A stretch of 64,000 nt of DNA from the human T2T-CHM13v2.0 reference genome, Homo sapiens. The notes beneath the pieces were generated by a model. The model made no database searches, had not been told where the DNA came from, and was given only the letters and a program-made list of their open reading frames with translations. The stretch's first letter is position 1, and every line of letters starts with the position of its first letter. The stretch is from NCBI RefSeq assembly GCF_009914755.1, contig NC_060928.1. One strand, written 5' to 3'. Position numbers and translations under genes: made by a program. This document shows positions 14,490 to 28,416 of the stretch, in pieces.

Positions 14490-14730
14490 GGCCAGACGTG
14501 GTGGCTCACACCTGTAATCCCAGCACTTTGGGAGGCCAAAGCAGGAGGATCACTTAAGGCCAGGAGTTTGAGACCAGGCTGGCTAACATGGTGAAACCCC
14601 GTCTCTACTACTTGGGAGGCTGAGGTGGGAGAATCACTTGAACCCAGATGGTGGAGGCTACAATAATTATGCCACTGCTCTCCAGCCTGAGTGACAGAGC
14701 GAGACTCTGTCTCAAAACAAACAAACAAAC
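14490..14730 (+). mobile_element. Alu with internal deletion of the linker
   Basis: Left arm joins right arm at ctctacta|cttggg; TSD aagaacctttta. Confidence 0.93.
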
Positions 14731-16168
14731 AAGAACCTTTTATCACTCTTCAACCAGTGTGCATTACTCAGACTTGGAAATCTTTTTTGTCCTTTCAGGG
14801 ATAACCCCTACCTCTAGAATTATTTACTTTCTAAATTTGAGTGTGAAAATCTAACGAATAAGATTTGCCTTATTCTCTTTGATCTTTGTGCCACCAAAAC
14901 TTGTGAATGTTTCATTTATTACTAATTCTCTATATTTGCAAATTGCACATTAAAAAAGGTGAAATCACATTTTTCAAAGGAAATTGTTTAATTTTTATCA
15001 ATGAACACTTCTTAAAATGAAAAAAAGATGAACTTCCCTTACTTTCATTTCTAAATGTAGTTACATATTTACAGTAAGAGTTTAGGTATACATTTACAAT
15101 GAGATGATTAACAGAAAGCATTAAATATCCTGAATTGTCAGATGGGAGAGCTTTATCCACAAAAACTCCTTGATCTCTTTTGCCTGTGAGCTTTCTCAGC
15201 TTTTGTATCTCATATAATCCACATTTGTTCTAATTTTATGTTGTCTGGAATCCTTTCATGTGTGTTAGATTTGCCTCTTGAGGTAAATGCTAAAGTTTTT
15301 TACGATAAAGCTTATGTCACATATTTGTATATTACCTCTATTTCTATATTTTCAAAAAAGTTAATTTGTTAATCAAAAGATTGAACTTGTTAGTTACTAA
15401 ACAGATTGTCTCTAATTGTTAGACAAAGAATATTTATGTGAGCAATTGACTTTTAGCAATAGCACCATAAAGATAAAGGCATATTAATTTAAACCTTAAT
15501 TTTTATGGGTAAGGAAAATGATCCATAGAAATTAAATGAACATTGAAAGATGATATGACAAAATTGTTCTTTTAACCTTTTTGAAATGTTCACTTTTTCT
15601 AAAATGTGCACTTTTGTACACATTATTCATCTTTAGCATCTTTAGTACTGGATCAGTAGAAATAGTATTTTTTAAATTTTACATGAGTGGCTATTAAAGC
15701 ATACACTAGGGGTCTTTAAATTATAAAACCTAAACAAATGATTAATCTCTCCTAACACTAAAATATTTTAAAATTGATTACTACAGTGCTGGTAATGATG
15801 TATACCTGGCAGCTGACCGTCAAATCTTATGAAGGATTAAAACATAAAGTTTGCATTAAAGGTAAGATTTCTATGTACCTTATAACTGTTTCATCTCAGA
15901 AAACAATATAACAACTTCCTTTTCTAACAACCAGTATTTCTTTTTTCACAAACATAAATCTGTGAGCTATTAGCAAACACTGAATTGACATTCCATTGAA
16001 AAGATACACACTGAAATTTACAGTGTAAAATACATTTTATGTCCTCTTTATGGAAAACACAAACACATACCTACACATGCACACATACACACACTCACAC
16101 TCACATGGAACTCTATCAACATAGCATAACTAACTGCAAAGTATGTATCTAACTAAAAACATCGTTAT

Positions 16169-16599
16169 GGGACAATGATTCTCTCCTTGACCAAGCTCTT
16201 TTCAGGCTCCTCTGAACTCTTCTCAATTAGGCCCTGACTTTTGGGCTTCTGTGTTTATCTCTGCATTGTCCAGCTTTAGCAAGAATCGTGCTGAGCCAAT
16301 TTATAAAAGCACCCCTCCATCCCCAGTTCTTGGTCTGACTACTCTCTGAATTTTATCACCTGGCCTGCCTTCAGCAAAACTCCTTAGGTCAGCTGAACAA
16401 ATAATTACCATACCTCCTAGGAATTGTCCATCCAGCAGCCCCTGACTCTGCTCCTTTGCTATAAATCCTTTTTTCTTATTGTATCTGGAATTAAGCCCAG
16501 TGTCTCTCACCTGCTACAATCCTCCATTGTAGTAGCCCATTTTGAATTAAGTCTTCCTTATCATCTTTAACAAGTATCTTCAGTAATTTTTCTTTAAGA
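16169..16599 (+). mobile_element. ERV1 solo LTR, MER31-like
   Basis: tctctccttgaccaagctc...caggctcctctga start, gctataaatcc TATA-like box, 3' end ...tttttctttaaga. Confidence 0.7.
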
Positions 16600-18324
16600 T
16601 AAAAATATATTCCAGCAATTCAGTTTTTACACATTTCCTCTTAGATGTTTATCATTCTGCTTTCTTATTAGCAATTAAATCATAAAATATAGTTATATTC
16701 ACATTTAATATTTGCACACTTACAACATGTAGTCTTTGAATCAATAGCCCTAACACTTAAAATGTGCTTCAGAATGGCCTTTTCTCCTTAAATATGTTTT
16801 TCTTAGCCCACTGGATAAAAATGCAAGTTATTGTATTGAATAATATAAACCAGTACACATGTTATAAGCACCATATTATATGTCTCTGCACAAGACAGAA
16901 GAATGCATTTTCCCCCTCAAATAGACATTTAAGTTCTGAGAACAAAACAATACATAGGAAGTATTAGAGAGAGGAGGTTGGAGCCCCCACTGAACAACAT
17001 GAAGCCCCTCACCTGTTTGTCCCCTGTTTGTCCTCTGTCACATCACCTTTTCAGTGAATTCAATACCAAGCCTTAATGCTGCAGTTAGACACTAAGCAAT
17101 GATCTTTTGTTCATTAACTGTATACTCCTTGATGTTCAGCTCTCATTTACACAATGTCAATATGCTTCTTGCAGTTCTTTTTGCTCTTTCAAACAAACTA
17201 TGACCTTTAATTGAAAGGAGAAAATTAGTTATGATACTGTGGCAGGAGATACCTTCTGGGACTTGAATTTGCCAGAAAAGATAGTAGCTAAGAGTTTGGT
17301 GCCGAGAAATCTGGGAGTAGAGAAAAAATAAAGTGGAAATAGAAGAAAAGTGACATGTGAAACATATTTATAATAAACAGATTAATATGAAATCTACATA
17401 AAGAGAATAGACTGACGCATGAATATAGCATTCATTGTCTTCTATCTCAAATTTTTATTTTCAAGGACTGACAGTAGGCTGCTTGTGTATAATGATAACT
17501 GGCTTTTTTCCTTCCTTTTCTTTCTGAAATCATGCTGTTGGCGGTTAATCAGTCATAATAATAATGTTACAGTGTCCTCAGCACTTGTCCTCCTAAAAGC
17601 TTAAAGAACACAAAATGTCCTGGTTCACTCATTGGTTTTATTTTTCCCAAACTCCGTATCCTTCCATTGCGCAGCCTCTGGGCCCAATTAAATGATTTTT
17701 AAAAATTAGGTTAGTAAAAAGAAAAAAATGGCTTGTTTTTTGTAGATGCAAAGACTAAATGGTCCCCCTACATTGAGGAGCTGACACAGACAATGATAAC
17801 AGAAAGATGAAAAAGCAATAGAATCCTTGCATGTGCCCCCACCCGCTCCCCTTCCCTCTTATTCTTTGCAGGGACAAAAGAAGGCAGCATTCCTTTTTCC
17901 ATCATCTGCTGTCACAATACTGACTGGCTTGCCTTGCAAAATTACCTCTAGAATGACACAGAATTTGTACCAAGTGCAGGCAGATGACAAAACTGAAGAT
18001 CAAATAATATGCAATTGAGAAATGATTTTTAGGTGCTTTTCAAAGCATTAAAGGCTTCTAGGTATTGGCCCCGAATAGTGGTGTTTATTTCATGAATGCA
18101 TGAAATGGATCTGGCAATTTTTCAATAATATTGACAAACATTACCTCCTCTTTGAAGCCTTCCTCAACTTGCCCAGCCAGAAAAAGTGGTCTAAGGACTG
18201 CTCTTATCAGAAGAAAGCCTTAGGCCAATATCTGATCATCTAAAGGATCTTGAAGGATTTAAAGTTACTGAATATTTGAAATAAAGGCCATCTGAAAATT
18301 CTGAAATATATGATCACTATCTAT

Positions 18325-18882
18325 TTTATTCCATTTACCTATTGCGACGTGACAAACCAGCCCAAACTTAGTGACAAAATGTCAATCATTTTATTATGCT
18401 TAGACTTCCTGTGGATCAGAAATAAAGGCACATTGCAGGCGTGGTTTTCTCTGCTGAATGTCAGGGCCTACCCTGGAAAGCCTTGACTGGCTGGAGGTGA
18501 CTCACACTTGTGAGTCATCTGCAGGTTTCTCCATCTGCGAGTTGGGTTCTTGGGCTGGGGTGACTGGCAGGCTCAGCGGGGACTGTCATCAGAGCACTTA
18601 CTTGTCCTCTTCCCAGGAGGCTTGGCATTCTCACAGTACAGCTGCTGGCTCCCAGGGCCTGTGTTCTGAGAGGGAACATCCAGATAGTAGAGATTCCAGA
18701 AAGCCGGATAGAAACCTTATGCCTCAGGATCTTGCTTTGGAAGTCACATAGCATCACTTCTTCTGTTATCTACAGGTCAAAACAGTCACAAGCCTGCTCA
18801 AATTCGGAAAGAGGGGACGGAAATGGAACCTCTTCATGGGAGGAAGGTAAAAGAATTTGGTACCGTCTTTAAGACTACCACA
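18325..18882 (-). mobile_element. MLT1G/H-type MaLR LTR
   Basis: cccaaacttagtgac, ggaagtcacatagcatcacttc and terminal ...actaccaca motifs. Confidence 0.75.
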
Positions 18883-19183
18883 TTACACCGATGGCATCTT
18901 CTCCACACTTTTAGCACAGCCTCTCTGCAGCTCGATGATCTGCAGTTTGTTTTCTCTTCTCCCCAAGTGACTATGAGCTCATGCGGGGCAAAAATTATTT
19001 ATAACCTTAAAAAATTATATCCTAAGAAACTGTTTATTAAAATGAGACACTATAAATATTGAATGAAGTTTACACACACACACACCTAGAGAAAATTACA
19101 ATGCTAATAATCAAAGACAATCTAAAGTCTATGGTTTAATCTCTTACTTAAATACAGTCATTTGCATTTGAGTAACTCGACAG

Positions 19184-19678
19184 TGATGCAGGGCAGGCGA
19201 CCCCCGGAAACTGGGGTTTAGCCCACGAGGGTTATTGGCTTCACCCAGGAAAGAATTCAAGGGGGAGCCAGTGGTGTTAGACAGCAACTTTTATTGAAGC
19301 AGCAGCGTACAGCAGCGGCAGAGGTATTTCTCCTTGTGGAACAGGGCCACCCCATAGACAGTGAACTCAGAGTAGTGGCTGAGAGCCACTTCTGTAGTCA
19401 TATTTATACCCACTTTTAACTACATGCAAATTAAGGCAGGATGATGCAGAAATTTCTAGGAAAAGGATGGTAACTTCCAGGTCGTTGGGTCACTGCCATG
19501 GAAAGGGGTGGTAACTTCCGGGTGTTGCCATGGCAATGGTAAACTGATGTAGCACACTGGTGGGCATATCTTACGTAATGTTGCTTTTGCCCCAGATGCC
19601 CTGGACCTTTTAACTAGTCCTCAATCTGGTCCAGTTTCCGAGTCCCTGCTCCAGAGTCGAGTACCACCTCCTACCTCA
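19184..19678 (-). mobile_element. ERV1 solo LTR, MER66-like
   Basis: Minus strand starts TGAGGTAGGAGG and ends in CA; has aataaa and repeated gtaacttcc/gccatgg units. Confidence 0.75.
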
Positions 19679-20060
19679 ATGGGCAAGAGTCTAGAAAATT
19701 TAATCCTTAAACCTGGTAACTTACATAATTATTTTTGTTTGGATGCATTCTAATTGTTTCAAGGTTTTCTAGAGATGGACAATTGAGAAGGTGGCAGTCT
19801 TGCCTATTTCTAGCAAAATTTCATTAAATAAATGCTGGCAGACAACAACAAAAAAGCCCTAAAAAGAGTGTTTGTTATTTTGCCCTCCAGGTGCAGATTG
19901 AGATGTGACTTTTATCAATTAAGAAAATTGATCATAAGAAAAAGGAGATTGTGACTTAGAAGCTTTACCTCTAGATTTGTCGTTTATATTCAAAAGTACA
20001 TTGACAGTCCTCTGTTCCTTGAACAAGACAACATGCCTCTTTGCAGAGCTCTTGCATTAG

Positions 20061-20436
<376 letters not shown>

Positions 20437-20459
20437 TCTGTCACTTTTTAAAAACAACA

Positions 20460-20720
20460 GCTTAAATGTCAATGCATTGTCCTTTTCTAACTATACTTTA
20501 TACAGTCGTTACTCCTATCAGTCTATCTAGTTTTGTCAGAGTATTTACCTAACAGAAAACTACTTATTTGTTTATTTATTTAAGTCAACCTCCCTTACTG
20601 GAATGTAAATTGCATAAGCATAGGGCCTTTCAGCTTTATCTTCTACTACCATTCTAGTTCGTAGTACAGTGACTGTTGCATAATAAACAATATACAATTG
20701 TTATATAAAAGAATGAGTAC
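20460..20720 (+). mobile_element. L2 3' fragment
   Basis: cccttactggaatgtaaattgcataagcataggg...gaatgag resembles the L2 3' end. Confidence 0.55.
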
Positions 20721-21394
20721 AAAGCATATAAAGACAACCTCCATTGTACAAGGGCATGGAGAAAATAAACAGTGATACATTTAATGAATTTATGTATTGA
20801 ACAATTTTAAACATCACATCTAAAGAGCTTAACAAGTATTTGTTTTTATAGTTTTTGCTGAAGCACCAAAATAGAGGCAAAGTTTTGTGGAGGCCAAGTG
20901 CTACCTTATTCTCAAATGGAGTTTTAGATCATCCATGAATTACCTGCAAAAGGGACGTCCTGAAACTCTGCACCACTAGACCATCGTACACCTTTAATGA
21001 ATTCTTAGATGCATTTTATATATGATGTATGTACATAAAAATGAATGAATTCATTAGAAGACATTTTAAAAATGGGAATTTCCGTGGACAAAGAGTTTTA
21101 GGAAAGTTGAGTATTTCTTTTGAAGCTACGTGAGGAGAGCTTTTGGAAAAGCACTAAGGAATCTTGATGCGTATGCTTCGTGCTTCTGTAGACACACAGT
21201 TGGCACCTGACTCAGATATAAAAAAGTCTCAAGGTTTTATTATCGCTGGCAGAGCAAGAGGAGAGATGGCAAGAGTGAGACACTGCAACCCACCCACTGA
21301 TGTTGGGGCGAAGATGCCCTAGGCCAGACCTATAACACATAAATAGAAAGGAGCTGGACTTGAGGGACTTGATTTTGAACAGGACACTGTCAAA

Positions 21395-21450
21395 AGCCCC
21401 CACCTGGGAAACTGTACTAATAGCCCCCACCTGGGAAACTGTACTAATAG
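21395..21450. repeat. Perfect 27-bp tandem duplication
   Basis: agcccccacctgggaaactgtactaat x2, followed by ag. Confidence 0.97.
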
Positions 21451-21469
21451 AAGAGTCAGCGTGGGGTGG

Positions 21470-21853
21470 TGTGTTAGTTTGTTTTGATGCTGCTGATGAA
21501 GACATACCCAAGACTAGGCGATTTACAAGAGAAAGAAGAGGTTGAATTGCACTTACATTTCCGCACGGCTGGGGAAGCCTCACAATCATGGCGGAAGGTG
21601 AGGAGGAGCAAGTCACATCTTAACGTGGATGGCGGCAGGCAAAGACACAAAGAATGAGAGCCAAGTGAAACAGATTTCCCCTTATCAAACCAGCAGATCT
21701 CACGAGACTTATTCACTACCACGAGGACAGCATGGGAGAACCCACCCCCACAATCCAACCATCTCCCACCACGTCCCTCCCAGAACACGCGGGAATTATG
21801 GGAGTACAATTCAAGATGATATTTGGGTGGGGACACAGAGCCAAACAATATCA
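21470..21853 (-). mobile_element. THE1 (THE1B/C-like) solo LTR
   Basis: tgtgttagtttgttttgatgctgctgat ... gccaaacaatatca; 5-bp TSD ggtgg. Confidence 0.93.
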
Positions 21854-22457
21854 GGTGGACTGCCAGTAAAAAGGGGCGGGCGTGTGTTAATGCTTTGGAG
21901 AAGGCATTGTGTCTCTGATAGGAACTACAGGTGAGAGAGAGATCCCAGCGACAGAAGGTCGCCAAGGAATCTGTGGGAGAGGAAATAAGAATTTGCCTGT
22001 CTGTTCCCAGTTGTTTGAGACTGGGGAGAAGACGATGAGAAAAGTTTTAAATTGGATGAGAGGTTGATACTCAGATATTAGGCAGAAAGGAACTTTTATA
22101 CCCCTGAAAAATGAGAGTTCTTCTTAATAACTAACTAGAAAAAAATGTCAGATCGGCCTAATATTTCATCTGGGGATAAATAAGGACAGTTCAAAATTAG
22201 AAAGAGCAGTAGTGAGGAAAAAAAAATGGTCACTCTCTGCTTTTAACCTGACAACTCTTATTCAGTCAATTTAAATGTTATACAGGTTTTAGATAAAATA
22301 CTAACAAGTAAAACACCTATGATAGAGTTCTGAGTAAAATATACAGCATTCTGTACTTCATAAAGAATATAAACTCAAGTTTATTATATATATTACATGT
22401 TCTCTCTATATTCTTTCTATATAATCTATTATATGTGTTTTCTCTAATAGTAATTAA

Positions 22458-22938
<481 letters not shown>

Positions 22939-23599
22939 TGAATCCTTTGAAGGTGTCTGTTGGAAAATGTGATTACACTTCCCAGGAAGCAGGTGATAAT
23001 CTCTCCCTAAGCCCCTTGACAATGGATGGTCCAGCCTCCTGTTGGGGTTGCTTGGTCCTTTGGCATGATTTAAAATTTCTTAGGCAAATTTTTATTTTCA
23101 GGTAACCACTCGCTGGTTGATGAGAACCACCTGCATGCTGTTGCCCCTGCTGATGAGGGAATTCTAGCTGGTTCCAGGGCTGCTTGTGCTTTCTCTGCAC
23201 AGTACTTTCTTGTTATTACCATGGCCTCTTGCCTTTATTTCATAGGCCTTTGTCAGACCCTGGGTAACAGTTTTCCTAAATATCCAGGGCTCCAGGAGGC
23301 CCTTTTTCTAGGCTTAAAACTCTCCTAACTTCTTCCCAGTCGGGAAATTGAGACTTAGAGCAGACCAACAACTTTCTCCTAAAATAAATCACCTCCTCTA
23401 TCTGCAGCCTAGGTCAGCTTCTCTAACTCTTTTACCAGCTGGAGGCCAGTGATCTGCTAAGGTCATATGTGTGCACGTGTTGCTGGGTGAGTCTAGCTTT
23501 CTATAGGCTATGGGAGTGGTTGACATACATTTCCTAGGACTTCGTCATACACATAATGGAAATAATTCCATGTGAGCATACCATTTTTAGCTTACTAAA

Positions 23600-26130
23600 T
23601 CCAAAAGTATATTAAAAGGTACTTTATGATAAATAGAAGAATAGAAGAATATTTTCACTTTGTAAAAGTTTTCAATGTTCTAATTCACTCATTAACAGTA
23701 AAAATCACATAAATATCTTGATAGATGCTGAATAAGAATTTTATAAAGCTCATTATTTATTTTAAAAATTGAAACAAACAACTTATAAAGTTGAATTTCT
23801 ACCATATTATGTATTTTTTAAATTCTCATAAAATTGAATGGAAACTTCCTTAATGTGTTAAAAGCTTATACCAAAATATAATGTAAATATAAATAATTGA
23901 TGCATATACATCAAATATCACATTTAAAGATTAGATACATTATCTTAAATTGGGAGCAAAACAAATGTCCAATTTTAATTATTGGATTTCAATAAATCAC
24001 TTGAGATTAGGGCTAATTCTTTGGAATTCATGTAAAAGAAATATGGATTTTGAAAATTTTGAGAAAAAAATAAAACATTATAACTCTATGATTACAGAGA
24101 TATGATCTGCATGAAATCCTAGTAGAATTAACAAAGAATGAGTGTTAATAAGAGAACTGAACAAGTTTGCTAAACATGAGGTCAACTTTCTCAATTCTTC
24201 AGCATTCATTTAAGTAAGTAATGCCAACCAAAACAAAAAATAATGTAATATAAAACAATAGCAACAAAATTTTAAAAGTATTTAGAAATTAACCTTGGAA
24301 AGAAATCTATAAACCTTTATAATAGAAATTTTAAAATTGTAATAAAGGAAATTAAGGAAGACCTAAATAAATGTGGAAATCTATTATGTCTTTATTTAAA
24401 AATATAAAAGTTTTTATTCCAAAATAAACGTATAAGTTCAATGTAATTTCAATAAAGATTCAGTAGTACCTTTGAGGAACTGAACGTATATACGTATATA
24501 CAAAATACACAGATACAAAAATATCTGTGAAAAAGTCAGCTGACAGAAGAGAAACAGGATATCTTCTTAGTGATATATAAATGTATTACAAAGCCTAAGT
24601 AATAATAATATAGGAAATAAAGAGTGAAAATATTAATGTAACAAAATAGAGTTCAAGAGCAGACCCCTTGATCTGGGAACTAGATAAAGATGAAAGTGGT
24701 ATCATGTTCAGTGGCAAAAGGTTGAATGGTTCATAAATTGTTTTGGGAAAACAGACTTACAAAGTATAAAAATAAAATTGGCCTTCTATTTCATAGCATA
24801 TACAAAGGAGGACTGCTGATTGATTAATGATTTAAATGCAAATAGTAAAACCATAAAAAATAATGGGGCTATGGAGACTTCATTACAGAACCTTAAAAGC
24901 ACAATGTATATGGATTTAACTGCAATGGATTTATCAACATAAAAATTCAGGATATTTTTCCAGCAATGAATATTACAAAAAATATTAACAGATGGACGAC
25001 AGATTGGGAGAAGATATTTGCAAAGGGTTTAATATTAAAACTATACAAAGAATGTCTTCCAAGTAACCAAAAAGATGAAAAAATTAGTAAGGAAATTGGC
25101 AAAGGATATAAATGGCACAAAATGACTGAAAATTATGTGTATAGATGTGCAACCACATTAGTAATCAGATAAATGCAAAATAAAATAAAATACTACTTCA
25201 CAGTTATTGGAGTCCCCAAATGGAAAAGAAGCTGTGTTGATAAGAATATGGAGAATTGATGCTTGTCATCCATAGCTTATGGGAACATAGAGTGGTGCAG
25301 CCTTTCTGGAGGAAATTACACGGTGGATTTACAAATGCTTATATCGTACTACTCAACAATGTGATCTTTGTTATTTTATTCTGGAAAAATCTTGCCCCCA
25401 TTCCAAGCAGGGACATGTTTTGTGGAAATAGGTAATTGGAGGCAACATAGCTATTATTATTAGGGGAATGAATAAAAGCAAAATGTGTTGATTACACACT
25501 ATGGTTGTAGTAGTCTGTTTTCATGCTACTGATAAAAACATACCTGAGACTGGGAAATTTACAAAACAAAGAGGTTTAATTGGGCTTACAGTTCCACATG
25601 GCTGGAGAGGCCTAACAATCATGGCGTAAAGCAAGGAGGAGTAAGTCACATCTTACGTGGATAGTGGCAGGCAAAGACAGAATGTACCAGCAGGGGAAAT
25701 GCCAGATGCTTATAAAACCATCAGATCTTGTGAGAACTCATTCATTATCATGAGAACAGTAAGGGGGAATAGCCCCCATGATTCAATTATCTCTGCCTGG
25801 CCCCACCCTTGACACCTGGAGATTATTACAATTCAAGGTGAGATTTGGGTGGGCACACAGAGTCAAACCACGTCAATGGTATTCATAATCAACATGTCTG
25901 ATCTTAAAAACTTCATGTTGACTAAATAAATAGAAAAGAGAATATTGATAGCATAGTAATAATTACAAGTACCTTCACAAAACATTATCCTTGTTTTAGA
26001 AAAAATTCTCATACTGAAAAAAAAACCAAAAACATGAAATCAAGCATTTATTCCATTGATAGATGAATGGGGGTAGGACTCAGGGAGGAAGGTGAGAAAT
26101 ATAAGATAAAATATATAATAAAATAAAATA
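23600..26130 (+). mobile_element. Old L1M, decayed ORF2 to 3' region, interrupted by THE1
   Basis: A-rich sense L1 motifs gatagatgctgaataag, aaggaagacctaaataaatg, acagattgggagaagatatttgca; the 24966 ORF has an ORF2-like TDWEKIFA. Confidence 0.8.
25506..25875 (-). mobile_element. THE1 (THE1C/D-like) solo LTR
   Basis: tgtagtagtctgttttcatgctactgataaa ... gtcaaaccacgtca; 5-bp TSD atggt. Confidence 0.93.
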
Positions 26131-28416
26131 AAACAAAATGGGACCTTTAAGACTGACGGTGAACATGTATCATGATTTATGTGAAATGTTTAATTCAGTT
26201 ATTTGGACCTGTGGTAAAAAATCAAATACCAAGGGGTAAAAATTAAATGAAATTTTATTTTAATGCACAGGAAAATTGATCATGCAGACAGGTCCTATTC
26301 TACTATCAATCTCTTTTTAGGAAATCCCTTTACAAACAGTAGACTGTTGAGCATTGTTTCTTCACATTTTCTGTATGTGAAGATTTAAAATATTAGGCAT
26401 TTTTGAATATGGAATTGATAATGTATGGTGAAGGCAATTTGTGTGTTTTTACAATGCTATCCAATACACAATGAGTATGTAAAACATTTCTGTCAACTTC
26501 AAGTGTGCCATTTTGTTCTATTACTTGCCAATATTTTCACTGCATGAAACTAATTTGTTTCTGAGGAGTTGGTGACTTTCTGTAACATATTTTATGGACA
26601 ATCCAAAACAATCCATTAAGCACTCCCTCCCCACACTCCCTGTTTTTCTGTTGACATTCAGATTCAACACATTTATAAAATTAAGGACTGTTTTGCCAAT
26701 CTCAGGTACCAGGTGTACTACACTTTGAGGGTTATTTATTTTCTTCAAAGTCAGACTGGATTTTGGCCCATACATCATTTGAACTTCTCTCCTTGCATTA
26801 TTTGTCTATAGGAGAAATATTGATTGGAAAAGCAGTGTAGAATAAAGTTAAAGTTAGGTATCCTATATAATTTTTCCTAAATAATTAAAAATGTTTTTTT
26901 AAAAAGTGATGTTAAAATTGTTAAGTAAAATCCAATATGACTGATTCCTGTATTGACTTCCCAAGGATTAAAATCTCATTAGATAAGCATGTAATATGTC
27001 TTACATGATAAAGTATCCATAAGAGTAGCTAATAGTTTTCTTAGCATGTAACATTCAAAACTGAGCAATTAATAATATGGAGTGAGCAGTAGCTAACAGT
27101 ATTTAAATTTAATGAAACCTTCACAAATTCATGTTCTTCCATTTCACAGAAGGAGAAAAAGCTGATATTTAACAGTATTCAGTTTTTTGGGGGAATACTT
27201 TTTAGGAGTAATAATATTTTCTAAGTGCTTATTCAAGATAAGTTTTACATTATGGGAAAATGCAAGTTATTAATTCTCATTAGATTTATTTAGTGTTCTG
27301 TCACTCTTACATTTTTGGAGATTTTCCTAATAAGATATGTATATTTTGGCATCCAACCTCTCAATATCTTGCATGGTATTTAATATTGATATAGATATTC
27401 CTTTTTGTTATCCTGGAGTTTGAAAATGCCAGCTTGTGGTATGTCCTTTGTATATTATGAATTAAAATATTTGCCATTCTTTAAAATACCATGTTATCCA
27501 TGATTCATCTTTTATTAACATTAAATCCACAGACTGCCATAAGCATAGTCTTATCACAGTTTCTTCTCACCTAAGTATTTAACAATATAAATCAATGTGT
27601 TAGACGTTCTTTCATGTGCTACTAGGGAAAAATAACTGGCTTTTAAATGATTTTTAGTTATAATTATAACAATAGCTACAGTTCTTCTCCTGATGGCTTT
27701 TTTTCCCAGGTGGCCTATTTTTATCCTGACATTTTTGTCCATCCTATGAATTTCATCATAGGGAAGGAACAGCAGTTTGTCTTAGAGCAGCTCAATTTCA
27801 ATCTCCAGGTGACAAGCTGATATTTCTTTCCTTTGAAGAAGCTTTTAATATGATGGGTTAAATGTCAAGGAAGAAAAAAACCATCATATATTGAACCTTG
27901 ATAACCTCATTTCTCTTAACATATTGACATTTGATTTTTAAAAAATGTTCTATTTTTTAACAGATGTCAAGATTTTTAAATAATGCATTTATTTAGGTAT
28001 CTTGCACCTTGTTACAAGTCATTTAGGGTAAACACATTATTTTGGTGAATACAAAAGAAATAAAGGTATTTACTCATCTTCAGCTGATAGTGTAAAAAGA
28101 AAAACTGAATTATTACACTAAAAATTCTGTGATAGATTGTATTCATTTTAGTTTAAAAATGGTATCTACTATGAATAACATGAAGGAGTCAAAAGACTGG
28201 AGTTAAAGAAGAAATAACTTCTATTTATTAAATGATAAAAAGAAAGTAAGTTACAAACAGGAGAGTTTAAAATGGTTTCTTACACTGGCTTCTGAAATAG
28301 ATTTTACATTACTTTTTTTTAGAGACACAACTATTTAAATATTGAGAAAATAGAACATTATATGTTTACCGTTTACCTAAGGCCATTAATTATACAACAA
28401 ACATTAAATGTAGTAA

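Noticed and set aside
21560-21580. PRDM9-A 13-mer in THE1
   Set aside because: The corresponding site reads CTTCCCCAGCCGT on the minus strand, which does not match CCNCCNTNNCCNC
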